DNA of 64,000 bases from Anaeromyxobacteraceae bacterium (GCA_047602405.1 JASGHJ010000002.1:3008001-3072000); one strand, 5' to 3'; positions 37,940-48,417 are shown, numbered from the stretch's first letter. The notes: a model not told the origin generated them from the sequence alone. Translations and numbers: made by a program.

Positions 37940-38075
37940 CCGGACGTGGATCGTGCCGTCTCCGCCGCCCACGACCACGTCCGTCGCGCCCCGCTGGAGC
38001 TCGTCGGAGATCCAGGCCGGGAGCGCGGCGTGCGCGGGCGTTGACGAGGAGCACCACGCGCCGGGCCCGGTCCAC
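37940..38075 (-). pseudogene. Remnant of a diacylglycerol-kinase-family (YegS-like) lipid kinase
   Basis: RRVVLLVNARARR, then in another frame WISDELQRGATDVVVGGGDGTIH (GGDGT motif); the rest of the gene is absent. Confidence 0.6.
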
Positions 38076-38111
38076 CCGGAGAGGCTGGTCCCGGGAGCGC
38101 CGCCCCGGGAG

Positions 38112-38888
38112 TCACCCCTCCACGACGAGCTCGAGCAACCCGACCGCGGTCTCCGCGTGCACGTCGAGCACCGGGGTGCGCCCAGCCACCGCCGCCTCGG
38201 TCCATAACGCGCCCGCGCGCTTCGTGAGGCCGTCGCCGATCTGCAGCCCGCCCACCACCGAAGAGGCCTCGATCCGCGCGGGCGTGGAGCCGGGGACCGC
38301 CACCCGCACGGCGGCGACGCCCGCGTCGAGCCGGGCCCGGGCGTCCCGCGCGAGCGCGCCCCCGAAGTGGGCGGTGCAGCGCGCGGCCCCGCCGGCCACG
38401 ACGAGCTCGGCGAAGCCCGCGTTGCACAGGTTGCGCAGCTCGATCGACGCGGCGCCCGCCTCCACGCGCAGCTCGCCGAGCCCCGGGGGGCACGGGCGGG
38501 AGAAGTCGAGCCGCAGGCGCCCCGCGGCCTGCCGGATCGCGATCCGGGTCAGGGGCAGGCCGCCGAGGTCGAGCGTCACGTCGGACGCGCCCGAGTCGAG
38601 CTCGAGCGCGAACGGCCGCGACGAGCCGAGCGCAAGGTCGAACGCGGGCGTCCCGCCCGAGAGGAGCTCGAACGTCCGGGCGACCTCGTAGCGCTGCGAG
38701 ACCGTGACCTTCCCGCCGTCCACCGCGACGGTCGGAGGGATGGCGCCCGACGGCTCGTCGTACGTGCCGCTCACGAGGAGCGGCCCCTCGCCCGCCGACG
38801 CACGGGCGCGACAGGCGGCGACCGCGAGCCGGAGCACCAGCGGCTCGGCGGAGGGGTACGGGATCTCGAGGCGCGGAGGGGAGGCCAT
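38112..38888 (-). CDS. Hypothetical beta-solenoid protein (LiaF/LiaG, toast-rack-like)
   Basis: Repeating LELDSGAS / LRVEAGAA / ARLDAGVA strands; GGAG RBS. Confidence 0.6.
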   Translation of the reverse strand: MASPPRLEIPYPSAEPLVLRLAVAACRARASAGEGPLLVSGTYDEPSGAIPPTVAVDGGKVTVSQRYEVARTFELLSGGTPAFDLALGSSRPFALELDSGASDVTLDLGGLPLTRIAIRQAAGRLRLDFSRPCPPGLGELRVEAGAASIELRNLCNAGFAELVVAGGAARCTAHFGGALARDARARLDAGVAAVRVAVPGSTPARIEASSVVGGLQIGDGLTKRAGALWTEAAVAGRTPVLDVHAETAVGLLELVVEG

Positions 38889-39046
38889 GGTCAGCTCCTG
38901 GTGCGGCCGGAACGCGGAGAAGGAGAACTTACTCCCGCCGGCCCTTCGGGGGCGGCGCGGCCCGTCGGGTTGCGGCCTCCCGCCGCGCTCGTCATGGGTG
39001 AGAGGCCTCCGCCCGAGCGGAGGCGGTCCAACGGAAGGAGCCTCGC

Positions 39047-39238
39047 ATGAAGAACGTCGTCCGTGCCCTCGCCGCCCTGGCCGTCGTCGCGCTCGCGACC
39101 CCGGCCCTCGCCTGCGACGGCGCCAAGAAGGAGACCACCGCCGCCGCCCAGCAGCAGAAGAAGGAGAAGAAGGCGCCGGAGCACGCGGTCAAGACCGCCC
39201 AGGCGCAGCCGAAGCCCGCCGCCCAGAAGCAGAACTAG
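39047..39238 (+). CDS. Small secreted Lys/Gln-rich protein
   Basis: AAGGAG RBS; signal peptide ending PALA-CDG. Confidence 0.65.
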   Translation: MKNVVRALAALAVVALATPALACDGAKKETTAAAQQQKKEKKAPEHAVKTAQAQPKPAAQKQN

Positions 39239-39256
39239 GGGCCCGCTTCGCCCGAG

Positions 39257-39290
39257 GAGGCCGCGTCCGGCGATGCCGGCGCGGCCTCTT
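39257..39290 (+). terminator. Hairpin downstream of the small secreted protein
   Basis: GAGGCCGCG-T-CCGG-CGATG-CCGG-CGCGGCCTC followed by TT. Confidence 0.45.
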
Positions 39291-39391
39291 CCTCATTCAC
39301 TCAACGTCCAGCACCTCACCGCCCCGGCCTGCGCAACTCGCAGCGCCGGGACGAGCCCCGCCGGCTCGCGCGCGTTAGGACCCTCACCCGC

Positions 39392-40357
39392 ATGACGAAC
39401 GCCATCGAGACGAGCGGCCTCGTGAAGCACTTCGGCGAGACCCACGCCCTGAACGGCGTGGATCTCGCCATCCGCCGGGGGGCCATCTACGGCCTCCTCG
39501 GCCCGAACGGGGCGGGCAAGACCACCACCATCCGGATCCTGGCCACGCTGCTCAGGCCCGGGGCCGGGACCGCCCGCGTGCTCGGCCACGACGTCGTGCA
39601 CGAGGCGGCCGAGGTGCGGCGCAAGGTGAGCCTGACGGGCCAGTTCGCCTCGGTGGACGAGGACCTGACCGGCCAGGAGAACCTCGTGCTCGTCGGCAGG
39701 CTCCTCGGGCTCTCGTGGCGCGACGCCCGCCGGCGCGGGGAGGAGCTCCTCGGCGCGTTCGGCCTCTCCGAGCTCGCCGGCCGGCAGGCCTCGACCTACT
39801 CCGGCGGCGAGCGGCGCCGGCTCGACATCGCCGCGAGCCTCGTCGCGGTGCCCGAGATCCTCTTCCTGGACGAGCCGACGACCGGCCTCGACCCGCGCAG
39901 CCGCTCGGCGGTCTGGGAGCTCGTGCGCCGCATCGCCGCCGAGGGCACGACCGTCCTCCTCACGACGCAGTACCTGGAGGAGGCCGACCGGCTCGCCGAG
40001 CGGCTCGCGGTGATCGACCACGGCCGGGTCATCGCCGAGGGCACGAGCCGGGAGCTCAAGGCCTCGGTCGGCTCGAACGCGCTCCACCTCGAGCTCGCCG
40101 ACGCGGGGCAGCGCGACGAGGCCCGCCGGATCATCACCAGAGTGCTCGGCGACGGCGTCCTCCCCTCGTCCGCGGAGCCGGCCGAGCTCGCGGTGCGGCT
40201 CGCGCGGACGGCCGACGCGGCGGCGGTGGTCTCGGCGCTCTCCGAGGGCGGCGTCGAGCTCACGCAGCTCACGGTGGGCAACCCGAGCCTCGACGAGGTG
40301 TTCCTCGCGCTCACCGGCCGCGCGACCGAGGCGGCGACCGAGGGGGCCGCGCGATGA
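39392..40357 (+). CDS. DrrA-like ABC exporter ATP-binding protein
   Basis: GPNGAGKTT, YSGGERRRLD, LFLDEPTTGLDP and LTTQYLEEAD. Confidence 0.92.
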   Translation: MTNAIETSGLVKHFGETHALNGVDLAIRRGAIYGLLGPNGAGKTTTIRILATLLRPGAGTARVLGHDVVHEAAEVRRKVSLTGQFASVDEDLTGQENLVLVGRLLGLSWRDARRRGEELLGAFGLSELAGRQASTYSGGERRRLDIAASLVAVPEILFLDEPTTGLDPRSRSAVWELVRRIAAEGTTVLLTTQYLEEADRLAERLAVIDHGRVIAEGTSRELKASVGSNALHLELADAGQRDEARRIITRVLGDGVLPSSAEPAELAVRLARTADAAAVVSALSEGGVELTQLTVGNPSLDEVFLALTGRATEAATEGAAR

Positions 40358-41157
40358 ACGCCGCCCACGAGGTGCTCGCGCTCCGGACCCGCCCCCGCCC
40401 GGCGTCCGCCGGCGCCGCGGTCGTGACGCTCGCGTGGCGGGCGCTCCTCAAGATCAAGCACGTGCCGTTCCAGCTCTTCGACGTGACCGTGACGCCGATC
40501 ATGTTCACGCTGCTCTTCACGTTCATCTTCGGCGGGGCGCTCGCGGGCTCGCCGCGCGAGTACGTGCAGTACCTCGTGCCGGGCGTGCTCGTGCAGACCG
40601 TCCTCTTCATCACCGTGTACACGGGCGTCGGCCTCAACGGCGACATCCACAAGGGCCTCTACGACCGGTTCCGCTCGCTGCCGATGTGGCAGCCGGCCCC
40701 GCTCCTCGGCGCGCTCGCGGGCGACGTGTTCCGGTACTCGATCGCCTCGGCGGTGATCCTGATCGTCGGGCTCATCCTCGGGTTCCGGCCGCAGGGTGGG
40801 CTCGTGGGCGTGGTGCTCGCGATCGCGCTCCTCCTCGCCTTCTCCTTCGCGCTCTCCTGGCTCTGGATCATCGTGGGCATGCTCGTGCGCACGCCCGAGT
40901 CGGTCATGACCACGAGCTTCGCGGTGATGATGCCGCTCACCTTCGCGAGCGACATCTTCGTGGGCCTCCACACCATGCCGGGCTGGCTGCAGGCCGCGGT
41001 CGGGCGCAACCCGGTCACCCACCTCGCGGCGGCCTCCCGCGCGCTCATGCACGGCGAGCCGGCCGGCGCGGAGGTCCTGTGGACCCTCGCCGCGGCCGCC
41101 GTGCTCGTGGCCGTGGCGGCCCCGATCGCGATGCGGATGTACCGGAGGGAGCGGTGA
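40354..41157 (+). CDS. DrrB-like ABC-2 permease
   Basis: Six TM helices; DRFRSLP and MPGWLQ...NPVTH; ATGA overlap. Confidence 0.9.
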   Translation: MNAAHEVLALRTRPRPASAGAAVVTLAWRALLKIKHVPFQLFDVTVTPIMFTLLFTFIFGGALAGSPREYVQYLVPGVLVQTVLFITVYTGVGLNGDIHKGLYDRFRSLPMWQPAPLLGALAGDVFRYSIASAVILIVGLILGFRPQGGLVGVVLAIALLLAFSFALSWLWIIVGMLVRTPESVMTTSFAVMMPLTFASDIFVGLHTMPGWLQAAVGRNPVTHLAAASRALMHGEPAGAEVLWTLAAAAVLVAVAAPIAMRMYRRER

Positions 41158-42992
41158 GCGGGAACCCCGCCGCGCCCGCCGCCGCCCGCGAGGCCGACGC
41201 CGACGAGGCCGAGCGCCGCTGGCTCGCCGAGGTCCACCAGCACACCGCCCCCCAGCTGACCCTGCGGGCCGCCCTCATGGGCTGCGTGCTCGGCGCGGTG
41301 ATGGCGCTGTCGAACCTGTACGTCTTCCTCAAGACCGGCTGGAGCCTGGGCGTCACCATCACGGCCTGCATCCTCGCCTGGGCGTTCTTCCGGGCGGTCC
41401 AGGCCGCGCGGCTCACGCGCCGCCCGTTCGGCCCGCTCGAGAACAACGCGATGGCGTCGGTGGCGTCGTCGGCCGGCTACATGACCGGCGGCGGCAACAT
41501 GTCGGCGCTCGGCGCGCTCGTCATCCTCACCGGCTTCCGGCCCGACGCGGCGCCGCTCATCGCCTGGTTCGCGACCATCGCCGCGCTCGGCGTCTTCGTC
41601 GCCATCCCGGTGAAGCGCCAGCTCGTGAACCGGGAGCGGCTGCCGTTCCCGACCGGCACCGCGACCGCCGAGACCATCCGCGCGCTGCACGGCGAGAAGG
41701 CCACCGGCCAGGCGCGGCTCCTCGGGTGGGCCGGGGTCCTCGGCGCGGTCGTCGCCTGGCTCAAGGAGGCGCCCGCCGCGTGGACGCCGCTCCACCTGCC
41801 CGCGAGCTTCAGCCTCCCCCTGAAGCTCGGCGGGCAGCCGCTCGTGAAGTGGGGGCTCGCGATGGACGGCTCGCTCCTGATGGTCGGGGCGGGCGCGCTC
41901 GTCTCCTTCCGGACCGGCTGGTCGATGCTGCTCGGCGCGCTCGTCGCCTACGGCGTGCTCGCGCCCTGGATGGTCGCCGAGGGGGTCATCCCGGCCGTCA
42001 CCTACAAGGCGATCGTGCAGTGGACGCTCTGGGGCGCCGCCGCGATGCTCGTGGCGGCGAACCTCGTCACGTTCGCGCTCGGCTGGCGCCACGTCGCGGC
42101 CTCGTTCACCGGGCTCGGGCGCGCGGTGCGCGGCGGCGGCGCGGACGATCCGCTCGCGCGCGTCGAGGCGCCCACGGCCTGGTTCGTCGCGGGCTTCCTC
42201 GTGCTCGGGCCGATCATCGTCGTCCTCATGAACCGGCTCTTCGCCATCCCGCTCTGGGTGGCCGCGCTCACGCTGCCCCTCGGCGTCGTGCTCGGGTTCC
42301 TGGCGGCGCGCATCACCGGCGAGACCGACACGACGCCGACGAAGGCGTTCGGCCCGCTGACCCAGCTCCTCTACGGCGGCCTCGTGCCGGGCCAGCTCGT
42401 GCCGAACGTCATGGGCGCAAACGTGACCGGCGGCGTCGGGCTGCACGCCGCCGACCTCCTCACCGACCTCAAGACCGGCTACCTGCTCGGCGCGCGCCCG
42501 CGGCCACAGCTGTACGCGCAGCTCCTCGGGACGGTGGTCGGCGCCGCGGCGATCGTGCCGGTGTTCGATCTCCTCGTGCCCGACGCGTCGGTGCTCGGCG
42601 GCGACCGCTTCCCGGCGCCGTCCTCGCAGCTCTGGGCCGGCGTCTCGCGCGTGCTGTCGGCCGGCCTCGACGGGCTCCACCCGACGGCGCGGATCGCCGC
42701 GGTCGTGGGCGCGCTCCTCGGCGTCGCCCTCGCGCTCGCCGAGGCGTGGCTCCCGAGGCGCTGGCGGGCGTTCGTGCCCTCGCCCTCCGGGCTCGGCCTC
42801 GCGGCGGTGCTCCCGGGGCCGAGCTCGATCGCGATGTTCGTGGGGGCGTCGCTCGCCGAGTGGCTGCGCCGCCGCCGCCCCGCCCTCGCCGAGCGCACGG
42901 TCCTGCCGGTCGCATCCGGCCTCATCGCCGGCGAGAGCCTGCTCGGGATCGTGCTCGGCGTGGTGATCGCGCTCGGGCTGGGCAGCGCGTAG
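41154..42992 (+). CDS. OPT-family oligopeptide/metal-chelate transporter
   Basis: QLTLRA, NLYVFLKTGW, LENN, LPFPTGTATA, DLKTGYLLGA and SGLIAGESL. Confidence 0.9.
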   Translation: MSGNPAAPAAAREADADEAERRWLAEVHQHTAPQLTLRAALMGCVLGAVMALSNLYVFLKTGWSLGVTITACILAWAFFRAVQAARLTRRPFGPLENNAMASVASSAGYMTGGGNMSALGALVILTGFRPDAAPLIAWFATIAALGVFVAIPVKRQLVNRERLPFPTGTATAETIRALHGEKATGQARLLGWAGVLGAVVAWLKEAPAAWTPLHLPASFSLPLKLGGQPLVKWGLAMDGSLLMVGAGALVSFRTGWSMLLGALVAYGVLAPWMVAEGVIPAVTYKAIVQWTLWGAAAMLVAANLVTFALGWRHVAASFTGLGRAVRGGGADDPLARVEAPTAWFVAGFLVLGPIIVVLMNRLFAIPLWVAALTLPLGVVLGFLAARITGETDTTPTKAFGPLTQLLYGGLVPGQLVPNVMGANVTGGVGLHAADLLTDLKTGYLLGARPRPQLYAQLLGTVVGAAAIVPVFDLLVPDASVLGGDRFPAPSSQLWAGVSRVLSAGLDGLHPTARIAAVVGALLGVALALAEAWLPRRWRAFVPSPSGLGLAAVLPGPSSIAMFVGASLAEWLRRRRPALAERTVLPVASGLIAGESLLGIVLGVVIALGLGSA

Positions 42993-42995
42993 CGG

Positions 42996-43622
42996 CTACC
43001 GCGGCTTGCCGCCGCCGCCGCCGCCCGGAGGCCGGCCGCGGCCCGGACCGCCGGGGCCGCGCCGATCCTTGCGGTCGTCCTTCAGCGAGTCCATCGAGAA
43101 GCCGCCGCTCTTCGGCGCGCCCTTCCCGCCGCCCCCGCCGCCGCCGCCGCCGCCACCCCCGCGCCCGCCGCCGCCGCGGCCGCCCCGCTCCCGCTTGGGC
43201 TCGGTGACCTGGCGCATCGAAGACGGCGCGTGGTCGACGAGGTACTGGAAGCCGTTCAGCGTGGTGGCGCCGGGCACGGGCTCCTCGGGCCCGAAGACGC
43301 GCACGAGGCGCACGTCGTCGATCTTCCGGCCGGCCACCTCGACCGCGTCGCGCAGGCGCGCGAGCCGGTCGCCGGACAGCCCGGTCGCGGCGCTCACCGC
43401 GGCGTCGAGCGCGGCCTTCACGGCCTCCGACTCGCCCGTCGCGGCCGGGGCCGGGGCCGGGGCCGCCTCGGCCGGCGCAGGCGCGCCCTCGGCGGGGGCC
43501 GCTGCCTCGGCGACCGGCTCCGCCTTCGGGGCCTCCTCCTTCGGGAGCGAACGCTTCGCCTCGGCGAGGGCCGCCGCCGCCTTCCTGACCGTGATGCCGC
43601 TGAGCTCCGTGAGGGTCTTCAT
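42996..43622 (-). CDS. Hypothetical protein with Gly/Arg-rich C-terminal tail
   Basis: GAGG RBS; GC3-rich codons; RGG/poly-Gly tail. Confidence 0.65.
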   Translation of the reverse strand: MKTLTELSGITVRKAAAALAEAKRSLPKEEAPKAEPVAEAAAPAEGAPAPAEAAPAPAPAATGESEAVKAALDAAVSAATGLSGDRLARLRDAVEVAGRKIDDVRLVRVFGPEEPVPGATTLNGFQYLVDHAPSSMRQVTEPKRERGGRGGGGRGGGGGGGGGGGGKGAPKSGGFSMDSLKDDRKDRRGPGGPGRGRPPGGGGGGKPR

Positions 43623-43778
43623 GCCTCACTCGTACACGCATCCGGGCCCGGCGGAAAGCCTCGCGACGCTCGGGCCGAGAGGTCCGGCCTCAGCCTGGCT
43701 TTCCTATTTTCTGGATCCACCCCCTCCACCCGGCCGCTACGTCGAGACCCGGGAGTCGAACGAGCCGGAGGAGGAGCC

Positions 43779-44075
43779 ATGGAGATCGAGGTGCGAGCGA
43801 TGGGCATGCCGGTCACCGAGGGGATGAGGGCGCACGTGGAGCGCAGGCTCGCCTTCGCGCTGGACCGCTTCGGGAACCGGGTGGCGCGCGTCACCGTCCG
43901 GGTGGCCGACGTCAACGGCCCGCGCGGCGGCCCCGACAAGGCCTGCCGGGTGAACGCCGCCCTGCGGACGGGGCACCGCGTCCACATCGACGAGCGCGAC
44001 CTCGACGCCTACGCCGCGATCGACCGCGCGGCGCACCGGCTCGGGCACACGGTGGCGCGGCGGCTCGAGCGCTGA
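43779..44075 (+). CDS. HPF/RaiA-family ribosome-associated protein
   Basis: HVERRLAFALDRF, DVNGPRGGPDKAC and DAYAAIDRAA; GGAGGAG RBS. Confidence 0.85.
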   Translation: MEIEVRAMGMPVTEGMRAHVERRLAFALDRFGNRVARVTVRVADVNGPRGGPDKACRVNAALRTGHRVHIDERDLDAYAAIDRAAHRLGHTVARRLER

Positions 44076-44090
44076 GGGTCCGACCCCCGG

Positions 44091-44912
44091 TCAGGCCGGC
44101 CGCTTCAGGAGCCGCTCGAGGGCCTTCGCGCCCGCGAGGAGCAGCTCGACCTCGCGCTGGCTCGGCCCGGCCCTGGCCAGCAGCCGCCGGAAGTCCGCGA
44201 GCACCTGCTCCGGGTTCTGCGGGTTCGTGAAGCCCGCGGCGCCGAGCATGGCCTGCAGGCGGGCCCAGAGGGCCTCCACGGTGGCGTGGCGGGCGGGCTC
44301 GGGCGCGGGCTCGGCGGGCAGCGCGACCGGCGCGCCCGCGATCTCGTAGGCGACGACCGCCACCGCCTGGGCGAGGTTCATCGAGTCGTAGGCGGACGAG
44401 GTCGGGATGGTGCAGACGGCCTGGCAGAGCTCGAGCTCGGCGTCGGAGAGGCCGCGGCGCTCCTCCCCGAAGACGACCGCCACCTCCCCCGCGAGGCTCC
44501 GCCGCGCGACCTCCGCGGCGAGCTCCCGGGGGTGCAGGCGCGGCCGGCCGGGCAGCGTGCGCGACGTCGTACCGCAGGTCCAGGTGGCGGGGCCGAGCGC
44601 GGCGGCGAGGTCGGGGTGGACCTCGGCGCCCTCGAGCAGGTCCGAGGCGTGCCGGGCGGTGGTCCGGGCCCGGTCCATCACGTCGTCCCCCGCGGAACGA
44701 TCGGCCCCGGACCGGGGCGCCCCCGCCCAGGACGGCGGGGCCACGATGGCGAGGCGCGAGAGGCCGAAGTTCTTCATCGCCCGGGCGGCCTGCCCGACGT
44801 TCTCGGCGCTCGAGGGCCGGTGGAGCACGAACCTCGTCCTCGAGCGACCGGTGCTGGAGAGCCCGGCGCTCGACGGACCGGCGTTCGACGCACTCGTTTT
44901 TGACGGATCCAT
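44091..44912 (-). CDS. TrmJ/LasT-type SPOUT RNA methyltransferase
   Basis: ENVGQAARAMKNFGL, VFGEERRGL and SMNLAQAV. Start uncertain. Confidence 0.88.
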   Translation of the reverse strand: MDPSKTSASNAGPSSAGLSSTGRSRTRFVLHRPSSAENVGQAARAMKNFGLSRLAIVAPPSWAGAPRSGADRSAGDDVMDRARTTARHASDLLEGAEVHPDLAAALGPATWTCGTTSRTLPGRPRLHPRELAAEVARRSLAGEVAVVFGEERRGLSDAELELCQAVCTIPTSSAYDSMNLAQAVAVVAYEIAGAPVALPAEPAPEPARHATVEALWARLQAMLGAAGFTNPQNPEQVLADFRRLLARAGPSQREVELLLAGAKALERLLKRPA

Positions 44913-44941
44913 GGCGGTGGGCCCGGTATAGCATCCCGCGC

Positions 44942-45902
44942 ATGCTGAACGACGACGCCCTCCGCGCCCAGCTCCCGCACTGCCTGCGCCAGCTCGACCT
45001 GCCCGCCCTCGGCGAGCTCTACCGCGGCAAGGTCCGCGACAACTACTCCCGCGGCGACCGGATCGTGATGGTCACGACCGACCGGGTCTCCGCGTTCGAC
45101 CACGTCCTCGGGACCATCCCGTTCAAGGGCGAGGTCCTGTCGCGGCTCACCTCCTTCTGGTTCGAGAAGGTGAAGGACATCGCGCCCACCCACCTCGTGG
45201 ACGTGCCGGACCCGAGCGTGATGGTCGTGAAGCGCGCGAAGGCGCTGCCGGTCGAGATCGTGATCCGCGGGTACATCACGGGCTCCCTCTGGCGCGACTA
45301 CCAGGCCGGGAAGGCGGGCGCGTACGGCATCGCCTGGCCGGCGGGCCTGAAGAAGGACCAGCGGTTCGACCAGGCGATCATCACGCCCTCGACGAAGGCG
45401 GAGTACGGCAAGCACGACGAGCCGATCAGCGAGGCCGAGATCCTGAAGCAGGGGCTCGTGACCCCGGACATCTGGAAGGAGGCGACCGCGGTCGCGCACC
45501 GGCTTCTTCCAGCGCGGCCAGGAGTGGGCGAAGACCCGCGGCCTCATCCTCGTCGACACGAAGTACGAGATGGGGATCGCCGACGGGAAGCTCGTGGTCA
45601 TCGACGAGATCCACACGCCCGACTCGTCCCGCTACTGGGTCGCCGACGGCTACGAGGACCGCTTCCAGCGGGGCGTCGAGCAGCAGATGCTCGACAAGGA
45701 GAACATCCGGCAGTGGCTCATCACCGAGCACGGGTTCTCCGGCCACGGCACGCCGCCCGCGCTCACCGACGAGGTCCGGGTGATGCTCGCGCGGACCTAC
45801 CTGCAGCTCTTCGAGCGGCTGACCGGCCAGCCGTTCACCTCCGAGGTCGGCTCGGTCGCCTCCCGCATCGAGAAGAACCTGAAGGCGAAGCAGTACCTCT
45901 AG
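44942..45902 (+). CDS. purC: SAICAR synthetase; +1 frameshift at ~45504
   Basis: YRGKVRD, TDRVSAFD, TPSTK, VDTKYE and DEIHTPDSSRYW. Removing one T gives 320 codons. Confidence 0.9.
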
Positions 45903-45905
45903 GCC

Positions 45906-46808
45906 GTGCGCCGCCTCGCCGGCCCCGGCCCCCTCGGCCTCGCGGTCGTCGCGCTGGCGCTCGGCGCCTGCGGCGGCGCGGGCGATCCCGCCCCGGCCGG
46001 CGCCGACCCGCTCGTCTACGGCGGCGCGCGGCCGGTGCGGCTGCAGGTGCCGGCGTCGGTCGAGCCGGGCAAGACGTACCCGCTCGTGCTGCTCGTGCAC
46101 GGGTACGGCGCGAGCGGCACGCTGCAGCAGCTCTACTTCGGCCTCGGCCCCTCGACGCTCCCGGGCGGCGCCTTCCTGCTCGCGCCGGACGGGACCTCCG
46201 ACGGGTCCAGCCGCTTCTGGCACGCGAACGACGTCTGCTGCGCGTTCGGCCCCGCGCAGCCGGACGACGTCGCCTACCTGGGCGGCCTCCTCGACGCGGT
46301 CGCCGCCGAGTGGCCCATCGATCCCGCGCGCGTGCTCGTGCTCGGCCACTCGAACGGCGCCTTCATGGCGTACCGGCTCGCCTGCGATCGCGCCGACCGC
46401 GTCACCGCCATCGCCGGGCTCGCCGGCGCCGCGAGCTCGATCGACGGCTCCGGCTGCGCGCCCGCGAAGCCGGTGAGCGTGCTGCACCTGCACGGCACCG
46501 CGGACCAGACCGTCGCCTACGGCGGAGGCATGCTCCTCCCCGGCGGCCCCGCGTACCCGGGCGCGGTCGCCTCGACCGAGCAGTGGGCCGCGCACGACGG
46601 CTGCGGCACCTCCTGGACGGCGGGCGCCGCGCGGGATCTCGTCTCGACCCTCGCGGGCGCGGAGACCGCGACCGCGGCCGCCGGCGGCTGCCCCGCGGGC
46701 GTCGCCGTCGAGCGCTGGACGATGACGGGCGCGCCGCACGTCCCCGCGCTCACGGCCGACTTCTCGGCGCAGGTGCTCGGCTGGCTCGCGGAGCACCCGC
46801 GGCCGTGA
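45906..46808 (+). CDS. LpqC/PHB-depolymerase-family esterase lipoprotein
   Basis: Lipobox LGAC; LVHGYG, DDVAYL, GHSNGAFMA and LHGTAD. Confidence 0.85.
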   Translation: MRRLAGPGPLGLAVVALALGACGGAGDPAPAGADPLVYGGARPVRLQVPASVEPGKTYPLVLLVHGYGASGTLQQLYFGLGPSTLPGGAFLLAPDGTSDGSSRFWHANDVCCAFGPAQPDDVAYLGGLLDAVAAEWPIDPARVLVLGHSNGAFMAYRLACDRADRVTAIAGLAGAASSIDGSGCAPAKPVSVLHLHGTADQTVAYGGGMLLPGGPAYPGAVASTEQWAAHDGCGTSWTAGAARDLVSTLAGAETATAAAGGCPAGVAVERWTMTGAPHVPALTADFSAQVLGWLAEHPRP

Positions 46809-46818
46809 CCGCCGCCGG

Positions 46819-48417
46819 TCAGCCGGCGTAGCGCCCCGGCAGGAGCGCCGTCCACCCGTCCTCGCGCGAGAGCGCCGCGGGCTTCACGTCGCCCGCGCGC
46901 CGGCCGCGCCGGCGGCAGGCCTCGTAGTACGCGGCCGCGGCGTCGCCCTCGACCACGTAGACGCGCGCCGGCGCGAGCTGGCCGAGCCGGACGCAGTGCA
47001 GGTAGTGGAAGCTCTCGCCGAGCGCGGCCTCGAGGCGGGCGCCGAGCGGCGCCGCGCCACCCGGGCCCACGGCGGCCCGCGCGACGTAGAGGGTGGTCGC
47101 GGGCGGGCCCCCCGACGCGTCCGGCGCGAGGAACGCGAGCCCGGGGCCGAGGCCCAGCCCGGCGAGCACCCGCGCCGCGAAGCCCTCGTGCAGCTTCTCG
47201 CCGCACCGGTCGAGGACGAGGTCCTCCTTGCCGACGAACTCGAGCGTCGGCGTCCGCGCGAGGAGCCCGGTCACGCGCACGCGGTCGAGGAGCCGGTAGC
47301 GCCACAGGCCGCCGCCGGTCGTGACGACCACGGAGCCCTCGTCCCCCTCGCGCCAGCGCTCGAGCGGGACGGGCCCCTGCCCCGGCAGCTCGAGCTCGAG
47401 GTAGTGCGAGCGCACCGCCGCGGGGCGGGCGCCGCCGAACGGGATCGACACGACCGCCTCGGTGGCGAGGAGCCCCTTCGCCTCGAGCGGCACGCCGGGG
47501 AGGAGCGCCTCGAGGTCGCGGGCCGGCGCCGCGGAGGGGCCGTCCGCCCAGGCCGAGACGAGCGCGAGGCGGGGCCAGACCGCCTGGAGGCCACGGGCGA
47601 GCGCGCGCTCCACCTCGCGGGCCCGCGCCGGCGCCGGGGCGAGCGGCGGCAGCGGGCCCTCGGCGGCCGCGCCGTCGCGGAGCGCGGCGAGGTGCGGCCC
47701 GGGGTCGTCCCGGAGCGGCGCGAGGAGGAGCGTGAGGAAGGTCGGGCTCCAGACCGAGAGGAGCCGGAGCTCCCGCGCGCGCAGGAGGTGCTGCAGCGTG
47801 CGCGCGCGCCAGGCGCCGAGGTCCTGGAGGTGGCGCACCGCCGAGGGCACCGCGAGCGTGGCCTCCACGAGCCGCCGCGCGGCGGCGCCGAGGTACTCGG
47901 CGTCGTCCTCGAAGCCGATGCGCGCGCCGCCGGCGGTGCGGCGCTCGCCCGCCGCGGCCGGGCTCACCGACCAGTACGCGGGGCCGAGCGCGAGCGCGGG
48001 ACGGCGGAGCGTCATGTCCGCGAGCCAGGGGCGGAGCGCGCGCTGGAACTCGTCGCGGAGCGGGGCCGGGTACGGCACGAGCTTCGTCGCGGCGGCGCTG
48101 CCGCTCGAGGGCTGGAAGAGCGGGACCGGCGCCGCCGAGAGGACGCCCGGCTCACCCGCGGCGGCCCGCTCGATCCACGGGAGGAGCCCGTCGTACGCGC
48201 GCGGCGGGACCCGCTCGAGGAACGCCCGCGGCGACGCGCCCGGCCCGAGCCCGTGCTCGCGCAGGAACGCGGCGCCCCCGTTCGCGCCGAGGATGCGCGC
48301 GAGCACCCCGGCCTGCGCGCGGGCCGGGTCGCCGAGCGCGGCGCGGAAGGCCCGCCACGCCGGGAGCATGGAGGCGAGGAGCGCGGCGTTCCCCGCGGCG
48401 GCGAGCGGCGCGAGCAC
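46819..48417 (-). CDS. GH3-family acyl-adenylate-forming amido synthetase
   Basis: FQPSSGSAAATKLVP, KGLLATEA, TTGGGLWRYRLLD and DRCGEKL. Confidence 0.85.
   Translation of the reverse strand: MLAPLAAAGNAALLASMLPAWRAFRAALGDPARAQAGVLARILGANGGAAFLREHGLGPGASPRAFLERVPPRAYDGLLPWIERAAAGEPGVLSAAPVPLFQPSSGSAAATKLVPYPAPLRDEFQRALRPWLADMTLRRPALALGPAYWSVSPAAAGERRTAGGARIGFEDDAEYLGAAARRLVEATLAVPSAVRHLQDLGAWRARTLQHLLRARELRLLSVWSPTFLTLLLAPLRDDPGPHLAALRDGAAAEGPLPPLAPAPARAREVERALARGLQAVWPRLALVSAWADGPSAAPARDLEALLPGVPLEAKGLLATEAVVSIPFGGARPAAVRSHYLELELPGQGPVPLERWREGDEGSVVVTTGGGLWRYRLLDRVRVTGLLARTPTLEFVGKEDLVLDRCGEKLHEGFAARVLAGLGLGPGLAFLAPDASGGPPATTLYVARAAVGPGGAAPLGARLEAALGESFHYLHCVRLGQLAPARVYVVEGDAAAAYYEACRRRGRRAGDVKPAALSREDGWTALLPGRYAG

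Noticed and set aside
43125..43185. CCG-rich tract as a functional repeat
   Set aside because: Encodes the poly-Gly tail of the 42996-43622 protein.
44942..45902. purC and other split genes as true pseudogenes or programmed frameshifts
   Set aside because: Single-base insertions with intact motifs on both sides and no slippery heptamer; sequencing error is more parsimonious.
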